A DNA stretch of 64,000 nt from an uncultured Chloroflexia bacterium (lineage in GTDB: Bacteria; Chloroflexota; Anaerolineae; Anaerolineales; E44-bin32). The DNA lies in contig CAVPZJ010000005.1 of the NCBI GenBank assembly GCA_963710255.1, positions 265,439-329,438 on the forward strand. Reading direction: 5' to 3'. Below the pieces are notes generated by a model. That model was not told where the DNA came from. It searched no databases and saw nothing but the letters and a program-made list of their open reading frames with translations. Both the position numbers and the translations under genes were made by a program. How positions within the stretch are numbered: the stretch's first letter is position 1; every line of letters begins with the position of its first letter. This document shows positions 42,485-53,082 of the stretch, piece after piece.

Positions 42485-44608
42485 GTGAAGAAAAATCCCC
42501 GTTCCCACCTCATCACGATCTGCACTCTAATCACAGCGATTGCGCTCGGGGCTTGCAGCTCTGCACAGCCACCCGCGCCTGCGGAACCCGCAGTGACCGA
42601 GGAAGCGCAGTCACCGTCTACCAGCCGCGTTGGCAAGCTGGAGGATGTTCGCCGAGCAACCGTGCTCATCGAGGCCACCGGCACCTTCCTCGACCCGGAG
42701 CAGGGCATGCTGCTCAATGCAGCGGGTACGGGCTCTGGTTTCATCATCGATGAGTCCGGGCTGGCGGTCACAAACAACCACGTCGTCACGGGCGCGGCCT
42801 TGTTGAAGGTCTGGGTGGAGGGCGACGATACGCCTCGCAATGCGCGCATCGTGGCCGTCTCGGAGTGTTCTGACCTGGCGCTGATCAACATCGAGGGGGA
42901 TGGGTATCCGTTCCTGGAGTGGCACGAGGGTGATGTTGGCGTGGGACTGGAGGTTTACTCGGCTGGCTTCCCGCTCGGGGATCCAGAATTCACCCTCACC
43001 AAGGGGATCGTCTCCAAGGCCAGGGCAGATGGGGAATCTTCCTGGGCCTCGGTTGACGCCGTCATTGAGCATGATGCGACCATCAACCCCGGCAACTCGG
43101 GCGGGCCGCTGGTCGACTCCTCCGGCAAGGTCGTGGCCATCAACTATGCCGAGGCGATCGGAAGCAACAACCAGTATTTCGCCATCAAGGGCGAAGATGC
43201 GCAGCCTGTCATTTCACGACTGCGAGAGGGTGAAAACGTCGATTCGCTTGGCGTAAACGGGATCGCTGTGCTGACTGATGATGGAAGCCTGAGCGGGATC
43301 TGGGTTTCTTCGGTCGCCTCAGGCTCGGCGGCCGACAAGGCCGGCCTCAAACCCGGCGACATCATCAACACCATGGAGGGCCTGGTCCTGGCCACCGATG
43401 GGACGATGGCCGATTACTGCGACATCATGCGGACACACGGCACGGATGCCACACTCAGCATCGAGGTGCTGCGCTATGCAACGGGCGAACTGCTTGAAGG
43501 CCAGTTTAACGGGCGCGAACTGCGCCTGGTCGAATCGCTCTCCGGCTTGCAAGGTGCTGACCTGAGCGCCAGCGGCGCAGGCTATGACGACTACCTGACC
43601 GTTTACGATGACAACGGCGTGCTCGAGCTGACGATCCCAGCCTCCTGGACGGATGTGGACGGCGCACCCTGGGAGGACGAGGCCGGCAACTACCTGAGTT
43701 CGATCTGGGCGGCGCCCTCACTGGACGACTTCTATGAAACATGGAATACGCCCGGCGTGAAGTTTGACGCCGTCGCCCATACAGAAAGCGTGGGAGGGGT
43801 TCAGGCGTACCTCGACCTGGTCGCGGAAAGCATCGCCTCGCAGTGCAGCCTCGTGGAGGCGGATACGTATGAGGACAGCGTTTTCAGCGGCCTGTATGAA
43901 CTCTATGGATCATGCGGCGGTGGCGACACGTCCTACCTAGTGCTGACGGCTGTCCCAACCGATGATCCGGGCGCCTTGATCGTCAGCCTGGAAGTGCAGC
44001 TGGTCTCAGATGAAGATTGGGATGCGCTTGAAGAGATCCTGGCCAGCTTCAACGTCATTGGATCCCTCCCAGGCAGCGCGACCAACTTCAGCGGTTCGGG
44101 CACCGGCGGGTACAGCGACTATGTCTGGGTGTATGACGATTTCAATTCGCTGCGCATGCAGGTGCCGGCGGAATGGGATCAAATCGACGGCAGCCCATGG
44201 TATGGCTTAAGCGATGAAATCGTAGGCGGTGGAATTACGGCAGCTCCAGACCTGGATGGGTATCGGACCACCTGGGATGTCCCGGGGGTCGCCTTCAGCG
44301 TTTCGGATGATTATGCGCGCCAGATCGGGTATCTCCAGCTCCTGGATGAGTTTCAATCCACCTACCTCGAGCAGTGTGAGTACGATGGCCGCTATGATTA
44401 CGAGGATTCGCTGTACCGCGGCAAGTACGACTTGTTCATCAAATGCGGTGGACCCGGCGGGCCAACCCAGTTTCAGCTGGCAGCCGTCTCGATCGAAGAT
44501 CAATTTGATTTTCTGATCCACCTTGAAGCAACCATCGTCAGCGATGCGGATTGGGATGCGATCGATGCCATCCTGAACAGCTTCGAGGTCGTTGGCCTGC
44601 TTCCCTGA
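42485..44608 (+). CDS. Secreted trypsin-like (S1C/HtrA-type) serine protease with PDZ domain and two C-terminal ~160-aa repeat domains
   Basis: GTG 42485 after AGGAG. Lipobox LGAC. TNNHVV (His), DLALI (Asp), GNSGGPL (Ser). PDZ GSAADKAGLKPGDII. Internal repeats at 43582-44070 and 44110-44605. Confidence 0.75.
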   Translation: MKKNPRSHLITICTLITAIALGACSSAQPPAPAEPAVTEEAQSPSTSRVGKLEDVRRATVLIEATGTFLDPEQGMLLNAAGTGSGFIIDESGLAVTNNHVVTGAALLKVWVEGDDTPRNARIVAVSECSDLALINIEGDGYPFLEWHEGDVGVGLEVYSAGFPLGDPEFTLTKGIVSKARADGESSWASVDAVIEHDATINPGNSGGPLVDSSGKVVAINYAEAIGSNNQYFAIKGEDAQPVISRLREGENVDSLGVNGIAVLTDDGSLSGIWVSSVASGSAADKAGLKPGDIINTMEGLVLATDGTMADYCDIMRTHGTDATLSIEVLRYATGELLEGQFNGRELRLVESLSGLQGADLSASGAGYDDYLTVYDDNGVLELTIPASWTDVDGAPWEDEAGNYLSSIWAAPSLDDFYETWNTPGVKFDAVAHTESVGGVQAYLDLVAESIASQCSLVEADTYEDSVFSGLYELYGSCGGGDTSYLVLTAVPTDDPGALIVSLEVQLVSDEDWDALEEILASFNVIGSLPGSATNFSGSGTGGYSDYVWVYDDFNSLRMQVPAEWDQIDGSPWYGLSDEIVGGGITAAPDLDGYRTTWDVPGVAFSVSDDYARQIGYLQLLDEFQSTYLEQCEYDGRYDYEDSLYRGKYDLFIKCGGPGGPTQFQLAAVSIEDQFDFLIHLEATIVSDADWDAIDAILNSFEVVGLLP

Positions 44609-44861
44609 GGTGAAGCCCCTGGCCAGGGTCGTTCCTCCGAACTGGATCGCCGGGGAGCCCGCGTGTAGCCCCTTAGGATGACGCCTTGGCTCGACCTCGC
44701 GAGCAGCCACAAGCCGCGGCGCGATCTCTCTGCTCCCATTTGTTCCCGGGCCTATGGGGAGATTGCTTCGCTGCGCGCGCAATGACACAAGGGGAGGGGC
44801 TCTCCAGCTTGAGGTGAGCGCGCGCTGCCTCAGGAGGGGGGAGATCGCAGCCTGCCTCGCG

Positions 44862-44891
44862 TTGACATGTCTGCTAGCGGCGTGATACTAT
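44862..44891 (+). promoter_or_regulatory. Candidate promoter upstream of the PIN/TRAM gene
   Basis: TTGACA (44862-44867), 18-nt spacer, TACTAT (44886-44891), with TG at the extended -10 position. Confidence 0.5.
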
Positions 44892-45094
44892 CATCGTGCG
44901 AGAAGGGTCGTTCATCTTTTATTTGCGCCTTCTCCGCCCGGAATCATCCGCACAATTCGTTGGCCTGCCTTCTACAATCGACCTGCAGCAACCGCTAACA
45001 TTCCAGGCCATCGGTCAACGAACCAAGAGGATGGGGGGTCTCCACACTGTGGGCGCCGGAACCGGGCGTCCACGGATTTGTTTAAGGTGGGTCT

Positions 45095-46171
45095 ATGAGC
45101 GTCGACTTCGCATTTCGATTGATTGGCATGGTCGCCTTCGCCGTCGGGGGGGTTTACCTGGGGACCGTGCTTGGCAAATCAGCCGGTGAGCAACCCGTGC
45201 TGTGGGCGAGCGTCTTCGGGCTTGTCGGGGCATTGATGGGGTTGGTTGTGACCCCGTTTATCACCACCCGGCCGGCGCGGGCGATCCGCTCCCAGATCTC
45301 CCAGCTTTCCGCCCGCAGCATTGTCGCGGGCGCGATTGGCCTGATTGTTGGCCTGATCGTAGCTGCACTGGTCGCTTTTCCGCTCTCGCTCTTGCCATCC
45401 CCCTTCAGCCAGATTCTCCCCTTCCTGGGCGTAATCCTTTTTAGTTACTTGAGCGTGGCCGTATTCATCACGCGCCAGAATGACATTCTGAACCTGGTCA
45501 GCTCGCGCTTCTCAAGCACGGTCCAGGAGGCGAAGGGTGCGGTAGGCGCAGGCGGGAGCGTCCTGCTCGACACGAGCGTCATCATCGATGGACGCATTGC
45601 CGATATCGCCCACACCGGGTTCATCAACGGGCCCATGCTCGTGCCGTCTTTCGTCCTGAATGAACTTCAGCACATCGCTGATTCTTCGGATAGCCTGCGC
45701 CGGCAGCGGGGGCGGCGAGGGCTCGACATCTTGAACCGGCTGCAGAAGGATCCAAACATTTCCTTCAAGGTCACGGACCTCGATGTCGAGGGCGTCCGCG
45801 AGGTGGATGACAAGCTGGTCGTCCTTGCCAAGCAGCTGCGGGGCAGCGTGCTGACCAATGATTACAACCTCAATCGTGTCGCGGAACTGCAAGGGGTAAC
45901 CGTGCTCAATATCAACGAGCTCGCCAATGCCGTGAAGACGGTCTTTCTCCCGGGCGAAAGCCTGGAGGTAAGCGTCATCCAGGAGGGGAAAGAGGTCGGA
46001 CAGGGCGTCGGCTATCTGGATGACGGCACGATGGTCGTCGTGGAGGACGGTAAGGGGTATGTCAACCAGGTACTCCAGGTCACCGTCACGAAGGTGCTTC
46101 AAACGGCAGCCGGGAGGATGATCTTCGCCCGGCCTGGATCAGACCCCGGACACGCGGTCCAGGGAGAATAA
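45095..46171 (+). CDS. PIN and TRAM domain membrane protein (YacL-like)
   Basis: Four N-terminal TM helices, PIN domain (LLDTSVIIDGRI...), C-terminal TRAM. Confidence 0.8.
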   Translation: MSVDFAFRLIGMVAFAVGGVYLGTVLGKSAGEQPVLWASVFGLVGALMGLVVTPFITTRPARAIRSQISQLSARSIVAGAIGLIVGLIVAALVAFPLSLLPSPFSQILPFLGVILFSYLSVAVFITRQNDILNLVSSRFSSTVQEAKGAVGAGGSVLLDTSVIIDGRIADIAHTGFINGPMLVPSFVLNELQHIADSSDSLRRQRGRRGLDILNRLQKDPNISFKVTDLDVEGVREVDDKLVVLAKQLRGSVLTNDYNLNRVAELQGVTVLNINELANAVKTVFLPGESLEVSVIQEGKEVGQGVGYLDDGTMVVVEDGKGYVNQVLQVTVTKVLQTAAGRMIFARPGSDPGHAVQGE

Positions 46172-46174
46172 AGG

Positions 46175-47569
46175 ATGCCGCAAACCATCTACAACACCCT
46201 CACCAGGTCCAAGCAGCCCTTCGAGACGATCGAACCGGGTAAAGTGCGGATGTATGTCTGCGGTCCAACCGTGTACGACAAGGCGCATGTTGGGCACGCC
46301 ATGTCTTCGATCGTGTTTGATGTCATCAAGCGCTACCTTGAATACAGCGGGTACCAGGTCAAGCATGTCATGAACTATACAGACGTGGATGACAAGGTGA
46401 TCCTGCGAGCCCAGGAGCTGGGCGTTGATGCGCTCGAGCTGGCCAATACCTATATCGAAGAATATGACCAGCATTTGAAGGACCTGAACGTCGAACCGGC
46501 AACGGTATACCCGCGCGTCTCGCTCGAGATTGAGACCATCATCGGGATGGTCGAGGGGTTGATCGAGCGTGGCTTCGCCTACGCCATCGAGGGCGACGTC
46601 TACTTCCGGGTTGCCAGGGACGAAGATTATGGCAAGCTCTCCCATCGCCAGCCGGAGGACATGCGCGCAGGTGCCAGGCTGGAAGTCGACAGCCGGAAAG
46701 AGGACCCCGCCGATTTCGCGCTGTGGAAATCCGCCAAACCCGGCGAACCGGCCTGGGAGAGTCCGTGGGGGCCGGGAAGGCCAGGCTGGCATATCGAATG
46801 TTCGGCCATGAGCCTGCATCACCTGGGTGAGCGGATCGATATCCACGGCGGGGGCAATGATTTAATCTTCCCCCACCACGAGAACGAGATTGCCCAATCC
46901 GAGAGCTACAACGGGGTGCCGTTCTCGACCTACTGGGTGCACAACGGCATGATGCAGCTGAGCGGTGCCGATATGTCGAAATCGACCGGGAACGTGTTCA
47001 CGGTCGAGGCCTTCCTGGAACAGTACGAGGCGGATGTCCTGCGCATCTTGATCCTGAACGCCAGCTACCGCAGCCCGGTTACCTTCAACGACGCGGTGAT
47101 CGAGCAAGCGACTGCCGCCCTCGCTCGTTTAAAGGGCGGCTTGCGGCCGGCGGTTCCCCTCGCCGACGTCCCAGCCGAGGTCTCCGGTCAACTCGAGGCG
47201 GCGATCCAGGCGGCCAGGGATGGCTTCCGGACGGCAATGGAGGATGATTTCAACACGGCCGGCGCGCTGGGGCATCTATTCGACCTGGTAAAGGCGATCA
47301 ATGCCGCCCGGGCAAGCGGCGCTGGCAGCGAGGATCTCGTCCACGCGCAGAGCGTCCTGCGTGAACTGAGCGCGGTGCTCGGCTTACGCCTCGAGGATGA
47401 AGGCATGGAGACCGGTGCCGGCCCCTTCATCGATCTTTTGATCGAGATCAGGCAGTCTCTGCGTGCTGCCGACCAGTTTGAACTCGCCGATCAGATTCGC
47501 GAGCGCCTGGCAGAGCTGGACATCACCCTTGAAGACAGCAAGGGAGTAACCACCTGGCGCAAAGCGTGA
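46175..47569 (+). CDS. cysS: Cysteine--tRNA ligase
   Basis: HVGHA (HIGH) and KMSKS (DMSKSTGN) motifs, zinc-site WHIECS. Confidence 0.95.
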   Translation: MPQTIYNTLTRSKQPFETIEPGKVRMYVCGPTVYDKAHVGHAMSSIVFDVIKRYLEYSGYQVKHVMNYTDVDDKVILRAQELGVDALELANTYIEEYDQHLKDLNVEPATVYPRVSLEIETIIGMVEGLIERGFAYAIEGDVYFRVARDEDYGKLSHRQPEDMRAGARLEVDSRKEDPADFALWKSAKPGEPAWESPWGPGRPGWHIECSAMSLHHLGERIDIHGGGNDLIFPHHENEIAQSESYNGVPFSTYWVHNGMMQLSGADMSKSTGNVFTVEAFLEQYEADVLRILILNASYRSPVTFNDAVIEQATAALARLKGGLRPAVPLADVPAEVSGQLEAAIQAARDGFRTAMEDDFNTAGALGHLFDLVKAINAARASGAGSEDLVHAQSVLRELSAVLGLRLEDEGMETGAGPFIDLLIEIRQSLRAADQFELADQIRERLAELDITLEDSKGVTTWRKA

Positions 47570-47624
47570 CCTGTGCCATTTCCCCCGCCCATGAACCTTC
47601 TGCCATAAGACGGATGCAGGCTGC

Positions 47625-48368
47625 ATGACAACCAATGGAATGGAGACGCTCTATGGCCGCAACCCGATCGTGGAAACACTCCGGGCAGGCCGGCGGCGGA
47701 TAAGCGCGATCCGCATCGCCCAAGGGGCGCAGGCCGAAGGTGCTCTGGCGCAAATCATCGCGCTCGCCCGCCAGCTGGACATCCCGGTTGAATTCGTCCC
47801 ACGCCAGGACTTGGACCGGGCCGGCATCAATCACCAGGGGGTCACGGCCGTTGCGAGCCCCTATCCCTATGCCGATCTGGACGGCATCCTGGAGCAGTGC
47901 GACGAGTCCCCCGAAAGTGCGTTGGTATTGATCCTGGATATGCTCCAGGATCCGCAGAACCTGGGCACGCTCCTGCGCAGCGCCGAGGCAGTCGGCGTGG
48001 CGGGGGTCCTCATCCCGGCCCACCGCAGCGCATCGGTGACGCCCGCTGTCGTTCGAGCCTCGGCCGGGGCGACGGAATACCTGCACATCGCCAGGCAGAA
48101 CCTGGCCCAGGCCATGCGTGCGCTTAAGGAGGCTCAGTTCTGGATCGCTGGCCTGGAACAAGGTGCAAACGCCCAGGATTATGCCCGGGCTGCATACACC
48201 GGGCGGATGGCGATCGTGGTGGGTAACGAGGGCTCCGGGCTGCGGCGTTTGGTGCGTGAATCGTGCGATTTCCTGGTGGAAATACCCATGGGCGGGCGGA
48301 TTGGCTCGCTCAACGCCGCCGTGGCTGGATCGATCGTGCTCTACGCGGCTCATGCGCAGCGGAATTGA
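47625..48368 (+). CDS. rlmB: 23S rRNA (guanosine-2'-O)-methyltransferase RlmB (TrmH/SpoU family)
   Basis: SpoU substrate-binding N-terminal part, DPQNLGTLLRSA, VVGNEGSGL, SLNAAVAGSIVLY motifs. Confidence 0.85.
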   Translation: MTTNGMETLYGRNPIVETLRAGRRRISAIRIAQGAQAEGALAQIIALARQLDIPVEFVPRQDLDRAGINHQGVTAVASPYPYADLDGILEQCDESPESALVLILDMLQDPQNLGTLLRSAEAVGVAGVLIPAHRSASVTPAVVRASAGATEYLHIARQNLAQAMRALKEAQFWIAGLEQGANAQDYARAAYTGRMAIVVGNEGSGLRRLVRESCDFLVEIPMGGRIGSLNAAVAGSIVLYAAHAQRN

Positions 48369-48430
48369 GCGTCCATTGACGCTACCCCTAAATCTTGGTA
48401 AACTCGGCGCGCGAGGTCGGCAGGAGTGTC

Positions 48431-48439
48431 TGGTATAAT
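48431..48439 (+). promoter_or_regulatory. Extended -10 element (TGgTATAAT) ahead of the tRNA-tuf cluster
   Basis: TGGTATAAT lies 40 nt before tRNA-Thr. A second candidate is TTGACG (48376-48381), 17-nt spacer, TGgTAAACT (48396-48404). Confidence 0.45.
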
Positions 48440-48478
48440 GAAACAGCGCCGTGCAGGTGAGGCGCGTTTTGTTGTCAT

Positions 48479-48550
48479 GCCGACGTAGCTCAACGGCAGA
48501 GCAACCGCCTTGTAAGCGGTAGGTTATGGGTTCGATTCCCATCGTCGGCT
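48479..48550 (+). tRNA. tRNA-Thr (anticodon UGU)
   Basis: Manual cloverleaf: acceptor GCCGACG/CGTCGGC, anticodon stem ACCGC/GCGGT, loop CTTGTAA, T-arm ATGGG-TTCGATT-CCCAT. 72 nt, no encoded CCA. Confidence 0.85.
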
Positions 48551-48615
48551 TGGTTTCCCAGCAAGCCCACGAGGCCCACGACCAGGGAACTCTGGGAAGT
48601 GTACAGGGCGACCAT

Positions 48616-48702
48616 GGGCGGTTACCCAAGTGGCCAAAGGGGGCTGACTGTAAATCAGCTGGCATACGCCTTCGGAGGTTCGAAATCCTTCACCGCCCAC
48701 CA
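48616..48702 (+). tRNA. tRNA-Tyr (anticodon GUA), long variable arm, encoded CCA; T-loop has 8 nt
   Basis: Acceptor GGGCGGT/ACCGCCC, anticodon stem GCTGA/TCAGC, loop CTGTAAA. T-arm GGAGG-TTCGAAAT-CCTTC has one extra A. Confidence 0.8.
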
Positions 48703-48741
48703 GGTTTTTCAACGCTGCTCGGATCGGCAAGCGTGGTGCCT

Positions 48742-48814
48742 GCCCTCATAGCTCAGACGGTAGAGCACGTTCTTGGTAAGAACGGGGTCAGGGGTTCAAT
48801 TCCCCTTGAGGGCT
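48742..48814 (+). tRNA. tRNA-Thr (anticodon GGU)
   Basis: Acceptor GCCCTCA/TGAGGGC, anticodon stem CGTTC/GAACG, loop TTGGTAA, T-arm AGGGG-TTCAATT-CCCCT. Confidence 0.85.
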
Positions 48815-48862
48815 CTGAGGACCATACCAACCGGAAATTGACTGCATGAGGAGATAGGAACT

Positions 48863-50065
<1,203 letters not shown>

Positions 50066-50109
50066 GAGTGGTTTGAGCTTGCCGCCAGGCGGAGAGCTCG
50101 CAACCGATT

Positions 50110-50274
50110 ATGGCCAAGAAAGATGTACGCCCGGTAATTACCCTGGAATGCACGGAATGCCAGGAGCGAAACTACACATCTGAGAAAAACCGTCGGAATG
50201 ATCCTGGCCGGCTCGAGTTGAACAAGTACTGTTCGCGCTGCCAGAAGCACACGATGCATCGCGAGACAAAGTAG
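50110..50274 (+). CDS. rpmG: 50S ribosomal protein L33
   Basis: Not in the ORF track (54 aa). Own translation: [54 protein letters not shown]. Confidence 0.85.
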   Translation: MAKKDVRPVITLECTECQERNYTSEKNRRNDPGRLELNKYCSRCQKHTMHRETK

Positions 50275-50295
50275 GGGCTAACAAGCCCTTTTCGC

Positions 50296-50372
50296 AGGCG
50301 AGTAGCTCAATTTGGCAGAGCACCGGTCTCCAAAACCGGGGGTTGCGGGTTCAAGTCCTGCCTCGCCTGCCA
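50296..50372 (+). tRNA. tRNA-Trp (anticodon CCA), encoded CCA end
   Basis: Acceptor AGGCGAG/CTCGCCT, anticodon stem CCGGT/ACCGG, loop CTCCAAA, T-arm GCGGG-TTCAAGT-CCTGC. Confidence 0.85.
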
Positions 50373-50429
50373 GTGAAACCCTGCGACGCCTGGCGGGAAC
50401 GGGCGTCGCTTAGTCTGAGGAGTAGTGGA

Positions 50430-50651
50430 GTGGCAAAATCCAAAGCCGCTTCGAAGCGGAAGTCCAACCCGATTACGCGCTACCTGCGCGAGTCGAGCGC
50501 CGAGCTGCGGAAGGTCACCTGGCCGACACGCCAGGAAGCCATTCGCCTGACGATCATTGTGCTCATCGTGGTTACGTTCATGAGCGCGCTGCTCGGCGTT
50601 CTGGACTTCGTGTTCTCGCGGGTCATCGCCTTCATCGTAAGCCTGGGTTAG
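50430..50651 (+). CDS. secE: Preprotein translocase subunit SecE
   Basis: GTG at 50430. ...YLRESSAELRKVTWPTRQEA followed by a single TM helix. The ORF-track start overlaps tRNA-Trp. Confidence 0.8.
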   Translation: MAKSKAASKRKSNPITRYLRESSAELRKVTWPTRQEAIRLTIIVLIVVTFMSALLGVLDFVFSRVIAFIVSLG

Positions 50652-50676
50652 AAGCTGGACTGCAAGGGAGTCACGA

Positions 50677-51606
50677 GTGAGCGAGTTTGAAGAAGAACGG
50701 GCTGAGGCGATCTCAGACGAGGAAATGACCGAAACGGCCGCGGCGGAAGCCGAAGCTTTGGATTCGGAAGCCGAGGCAGCCGAGCCGGAGGAGAGCCTGC
50801 CCGCGGCGTTGGCTGAGCTGGCGTCCGAGGATGCCGAGATGGAGGCCGAGGCCCCCGATGTAGAAGAAAGCGCAGCCGCAGACGAGCTCGAATCGCCGCA
50901 GGAACCGGCTACGCTGGAAGCGCCGGAAGCGATGGAGGAGCAGGAGGAAGACGAAGCGCCCGCCCCCGAAGCCCTGGAAGTGCCAACGATCCCAGAACCG
51001 GCCATGAGTGCCAAGGCGCAGGTTGAAGCCGAGGCCGAGGAAGAGCTGGAAGGGGAAACCCAACCGGCTGGCGAACCGGATGACGGCCGGCACTGGTACG
51101 TCGTGCACTGCTACTCGGGCTATGAAAACAAGGTGCGGCACAACCTTGAGCAGCGCATTGAGACCATGAACATGAAGGCCAAGATATTCGACGTTGTCGT
51201 CCCAACCGAAGAGGAGATCGAGGTCAAGGATGGCAAGCGCCGCACGGTTGAACGGCGCGTTTTCCCTGGCTACATCCTGGTCCAGATGCTGATGGACGAA
51301 GATTCGTGGTACGTCGTGCGCAACACGCCAGGCGTGACCGGGTTCGTCGGAATGGGCAACGACCCAACGCCGCTGCGGCCAGAGGAAGTCTCTTCCATCG
51401 TCAAGCGTATGGAGGCGGAAGCGCCCCGCATCAAGGTCACCTACAAGACTGGACAGAAGGTCCGCATCATCGATGGGCCCTTCAATGATTTCATCGGGAC
51501 CGTCTCCGATATCGATATGGAACGGGCGAAAGTGCGCGTGATGGTCTCTTTCTTCGGCCGGGAAACACCGGTCGAACTCGATTTCCTGCAGGTAGAGAAG
51601 GCATAA
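50677..51606 (+). CDS. nusG: Transcription termination/antitermination factor NusG with ~125-aa acidic N-terminal extension
   Basis: RBS AAGGGAG, GTG at 50677. The NGN domain starts at [17 protein letters not shown] domain at [16 protein letters not shown]. Confidence 0.9.
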   Translation: MSEFEEERAEAISDEEMTETAAAEAEALDSEAEAAEPEESLPAALAELASEDAEMEAEAPDVEESAAADELESPQEPATLEAPEAMEEQEEDEAPAPEALEVPTIPEPAMSAKAQVEAEAEEELEGETQPAGEPDDGRHWYVVHCYSGYENKVRHNLEQRIETMNMKAKIFDVVVPTEEEIEVKDGKRRTVERRVFPGYILVQMLMDEDSWYVVRNTPGVTGFVGMGNDPTPLRPEEVSSIVKRMEAEAPRIKVTYKTGQKVRIIDGPFNDFIGTVSDIDMERAKVRVMVSFFGRETPVELDFLQVEKA

Positions 51607-51679
51607 GCTTCGGCTCGCCTGGGCGAGCCCAATGTGGGAGGGCTTGAAAGCCCGTTCGCACCACTGGAGGAGTAAGACT

Positions 51680-52105
51680 GTGGCGAAAAAACTAAAAGCA
51701 ATCCTGAAATTGCAGATTGAAGCCGGCAAGGCCAACCCTGCACCACCGATTGGACCGGCGCTTGCGCCGCACGGCATCAACTTGATGGCGTTTTGCAAGG
51801 AGTACAACGCTCGCACCTCGAGCAAGATGGGCGAGATCATCCCGGCCGAGATCACCATCTACACGGATGGCTCGTTCACCTTCACACTCAAGACCCCGCC
51901 TGCAGCGGTATTGCTGCGCAAGGCGGCCGGTGTGGAGAAGGGCTCGGCTGAACCAAACCGCGATAAGGTTGGCAAAGTAACCCGAAATCAGGTTCGCGAA
52001 ATTGCTGAAACCAAGATGAAGGACCTAAACGCCACGGACATCGAAGGCGCTATGCGCCAGATCGAAGGCACCGCGCACAATATGGGCATCGTCATCGAAG
52101 GTTGA
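51680..52105 (+). CDS. rplK: 50S ribosomal protein L11
   Basis: GTG 51680 after [32 protein letters not shown]. Confidence 0.95.
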   Translation: MAKKLKAILKLQIEAGKANPAPPIGPALAPHGINLMAFCKEYNARTSSKMGEIIPAEITIYTDGSFTFTLKTPPAAVLLRKAAGVEKGSAEPNRDKVGKVTRNQVREIAETKMKDLNATDIEGAMRQIEGTAHNMGIVIEG

Positions 52106-52156
52106 TCGTGGGAGGGTCGCCAGCGAGCGGCCCGTTGGGACCACAGGGAGATGAGA

Positions 52157-52870
52157 ATGGCAAAGCAGGGCAAGAATTATCGCAACGCGCTCGAACAGGT
52201 CGATCGTCAGAAACTGTACGAACCCCTGGAAGCGCTCGAACTGATCAAGAGCATCGCTTTCACAAAGTTTGACAGCACCGTCGAAGTGCACATGCGGCTT
52301 GGCGTCGATACCCGCCACGCGGACCAACAGATCCGGGACACGGTGATGCTGCCCCACGGATTGGGCAAGACTGTGCGTGTCGTCGTCTTCGCCGAAGGCG
52401 ATGCGGCCAGGGCGGCAAGCGAAGCTGGCGCAGATTTTATCGCCGACGACGAATTGATCACACGCATTCAGGGCGGATGGATGGATTTTGATGCAACCGT
52501 CGCCACGCCCAACATGATGGGCAAGGTCGGGCGGCTCGGCCGCATCCTGGGCCCGCGCGGCCTGATGCCCAGCCCGAAGGCGGGCACCGTTGTGCCCGAG
52601 GATGACCTGGGCCGTGTCATCGACGAATTGAAATCCGGGCGGGTTGAATTCCGTACCGACCGGACCGCCAATTTGCATGTGCCGATCGGCAAGATTTCGT
52701 TCGAAGCCCAACAGCTGTATGAGAACATGGCGGCCCTGATGGATGCCGTGCGGCGCACGCGGCCGGCTTCCGCCAAAGGCGCGTACATCCGGCGCGTCGT
52801 CATCAGCAGCACGATGGGGCCTGGTATTCGCGTTGAGCCAAACGCCGCCCTTGCGCTGGGCGGGGGATGA
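52157..52870 (+). CDS. rplA: 50S ribosomal protein L1
   Basis: ATG at 52157, 6 nt after AGGGAG. MAKQGKNYRNA..., GRILGPRGLMPSPKAGTV. Confidence 0.95.
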   Translation: MAKQGKNYRNALEQVDRQKLYEPLEALELIKSIAFTKFDSTVEVHMRLGVDTRHADQQIRDTVMLPHGLGKTVRVVVFAEGDAARAASEAGADFIADDELITRIQGGWMDFDATVATPNMMGKVGRLGRILGPRGLMPSPKAGTVVPEDDLGRVIDELKSGRVEFRTDRTANLHVPIGKISFEAQQLYENMAALMDAVRRTRPASAKGAYIRRVVISSTMGPGIRVEPNAALALGGG

Positions 52871-52872
52871 CC

Positions 52873-53082
52873 TTCACAGCCTGGTAGATGCGCGGTACAA
52901 TGGCTGCCGCGTTAGACAATTGCATCATCGTTTCGCCTGAGACAGCAGGTGTCTGGCAGCAGACTTAATTTCCTGCCGAGGTGAAGACTCGATTGAATCC
53001 GGACTACCCCTGAGAGTCTTTGCTTGAGCCATCTGTGCGAAGCGAAGACTCGAATTGATTCTGGGGAAGGAGGATAGGAAAC
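52873..53082 (+). promoter_or_regulatory. rplJ promoter and structured leader
   Basis: TTCACA (52873-52878), 17-nt spacer, TACAAT (52896-52901). The ~180-nt leader contains two copies of GAAGACTCGA(A)TTGA(A/T)TC (52983-52999, 53044-53061). Confidence 0.5.

Noticed and set aside
50690-51060. GAA/GCC-rich imperfect repeats as a tandem-repeat or CRISPR-like array
   Set aside because: There is no constant repeat/spacer periodicity. The region is in frame with nusG and encodes an acidic low-complexity tail.
50713-51858. 381-aa ORF antisense to nusG/rplK
   Set aside because: It overlaps two well-supported genes and their spacer. It is low-complexity and Arg/Gly/Phe-rich, with no RBS.
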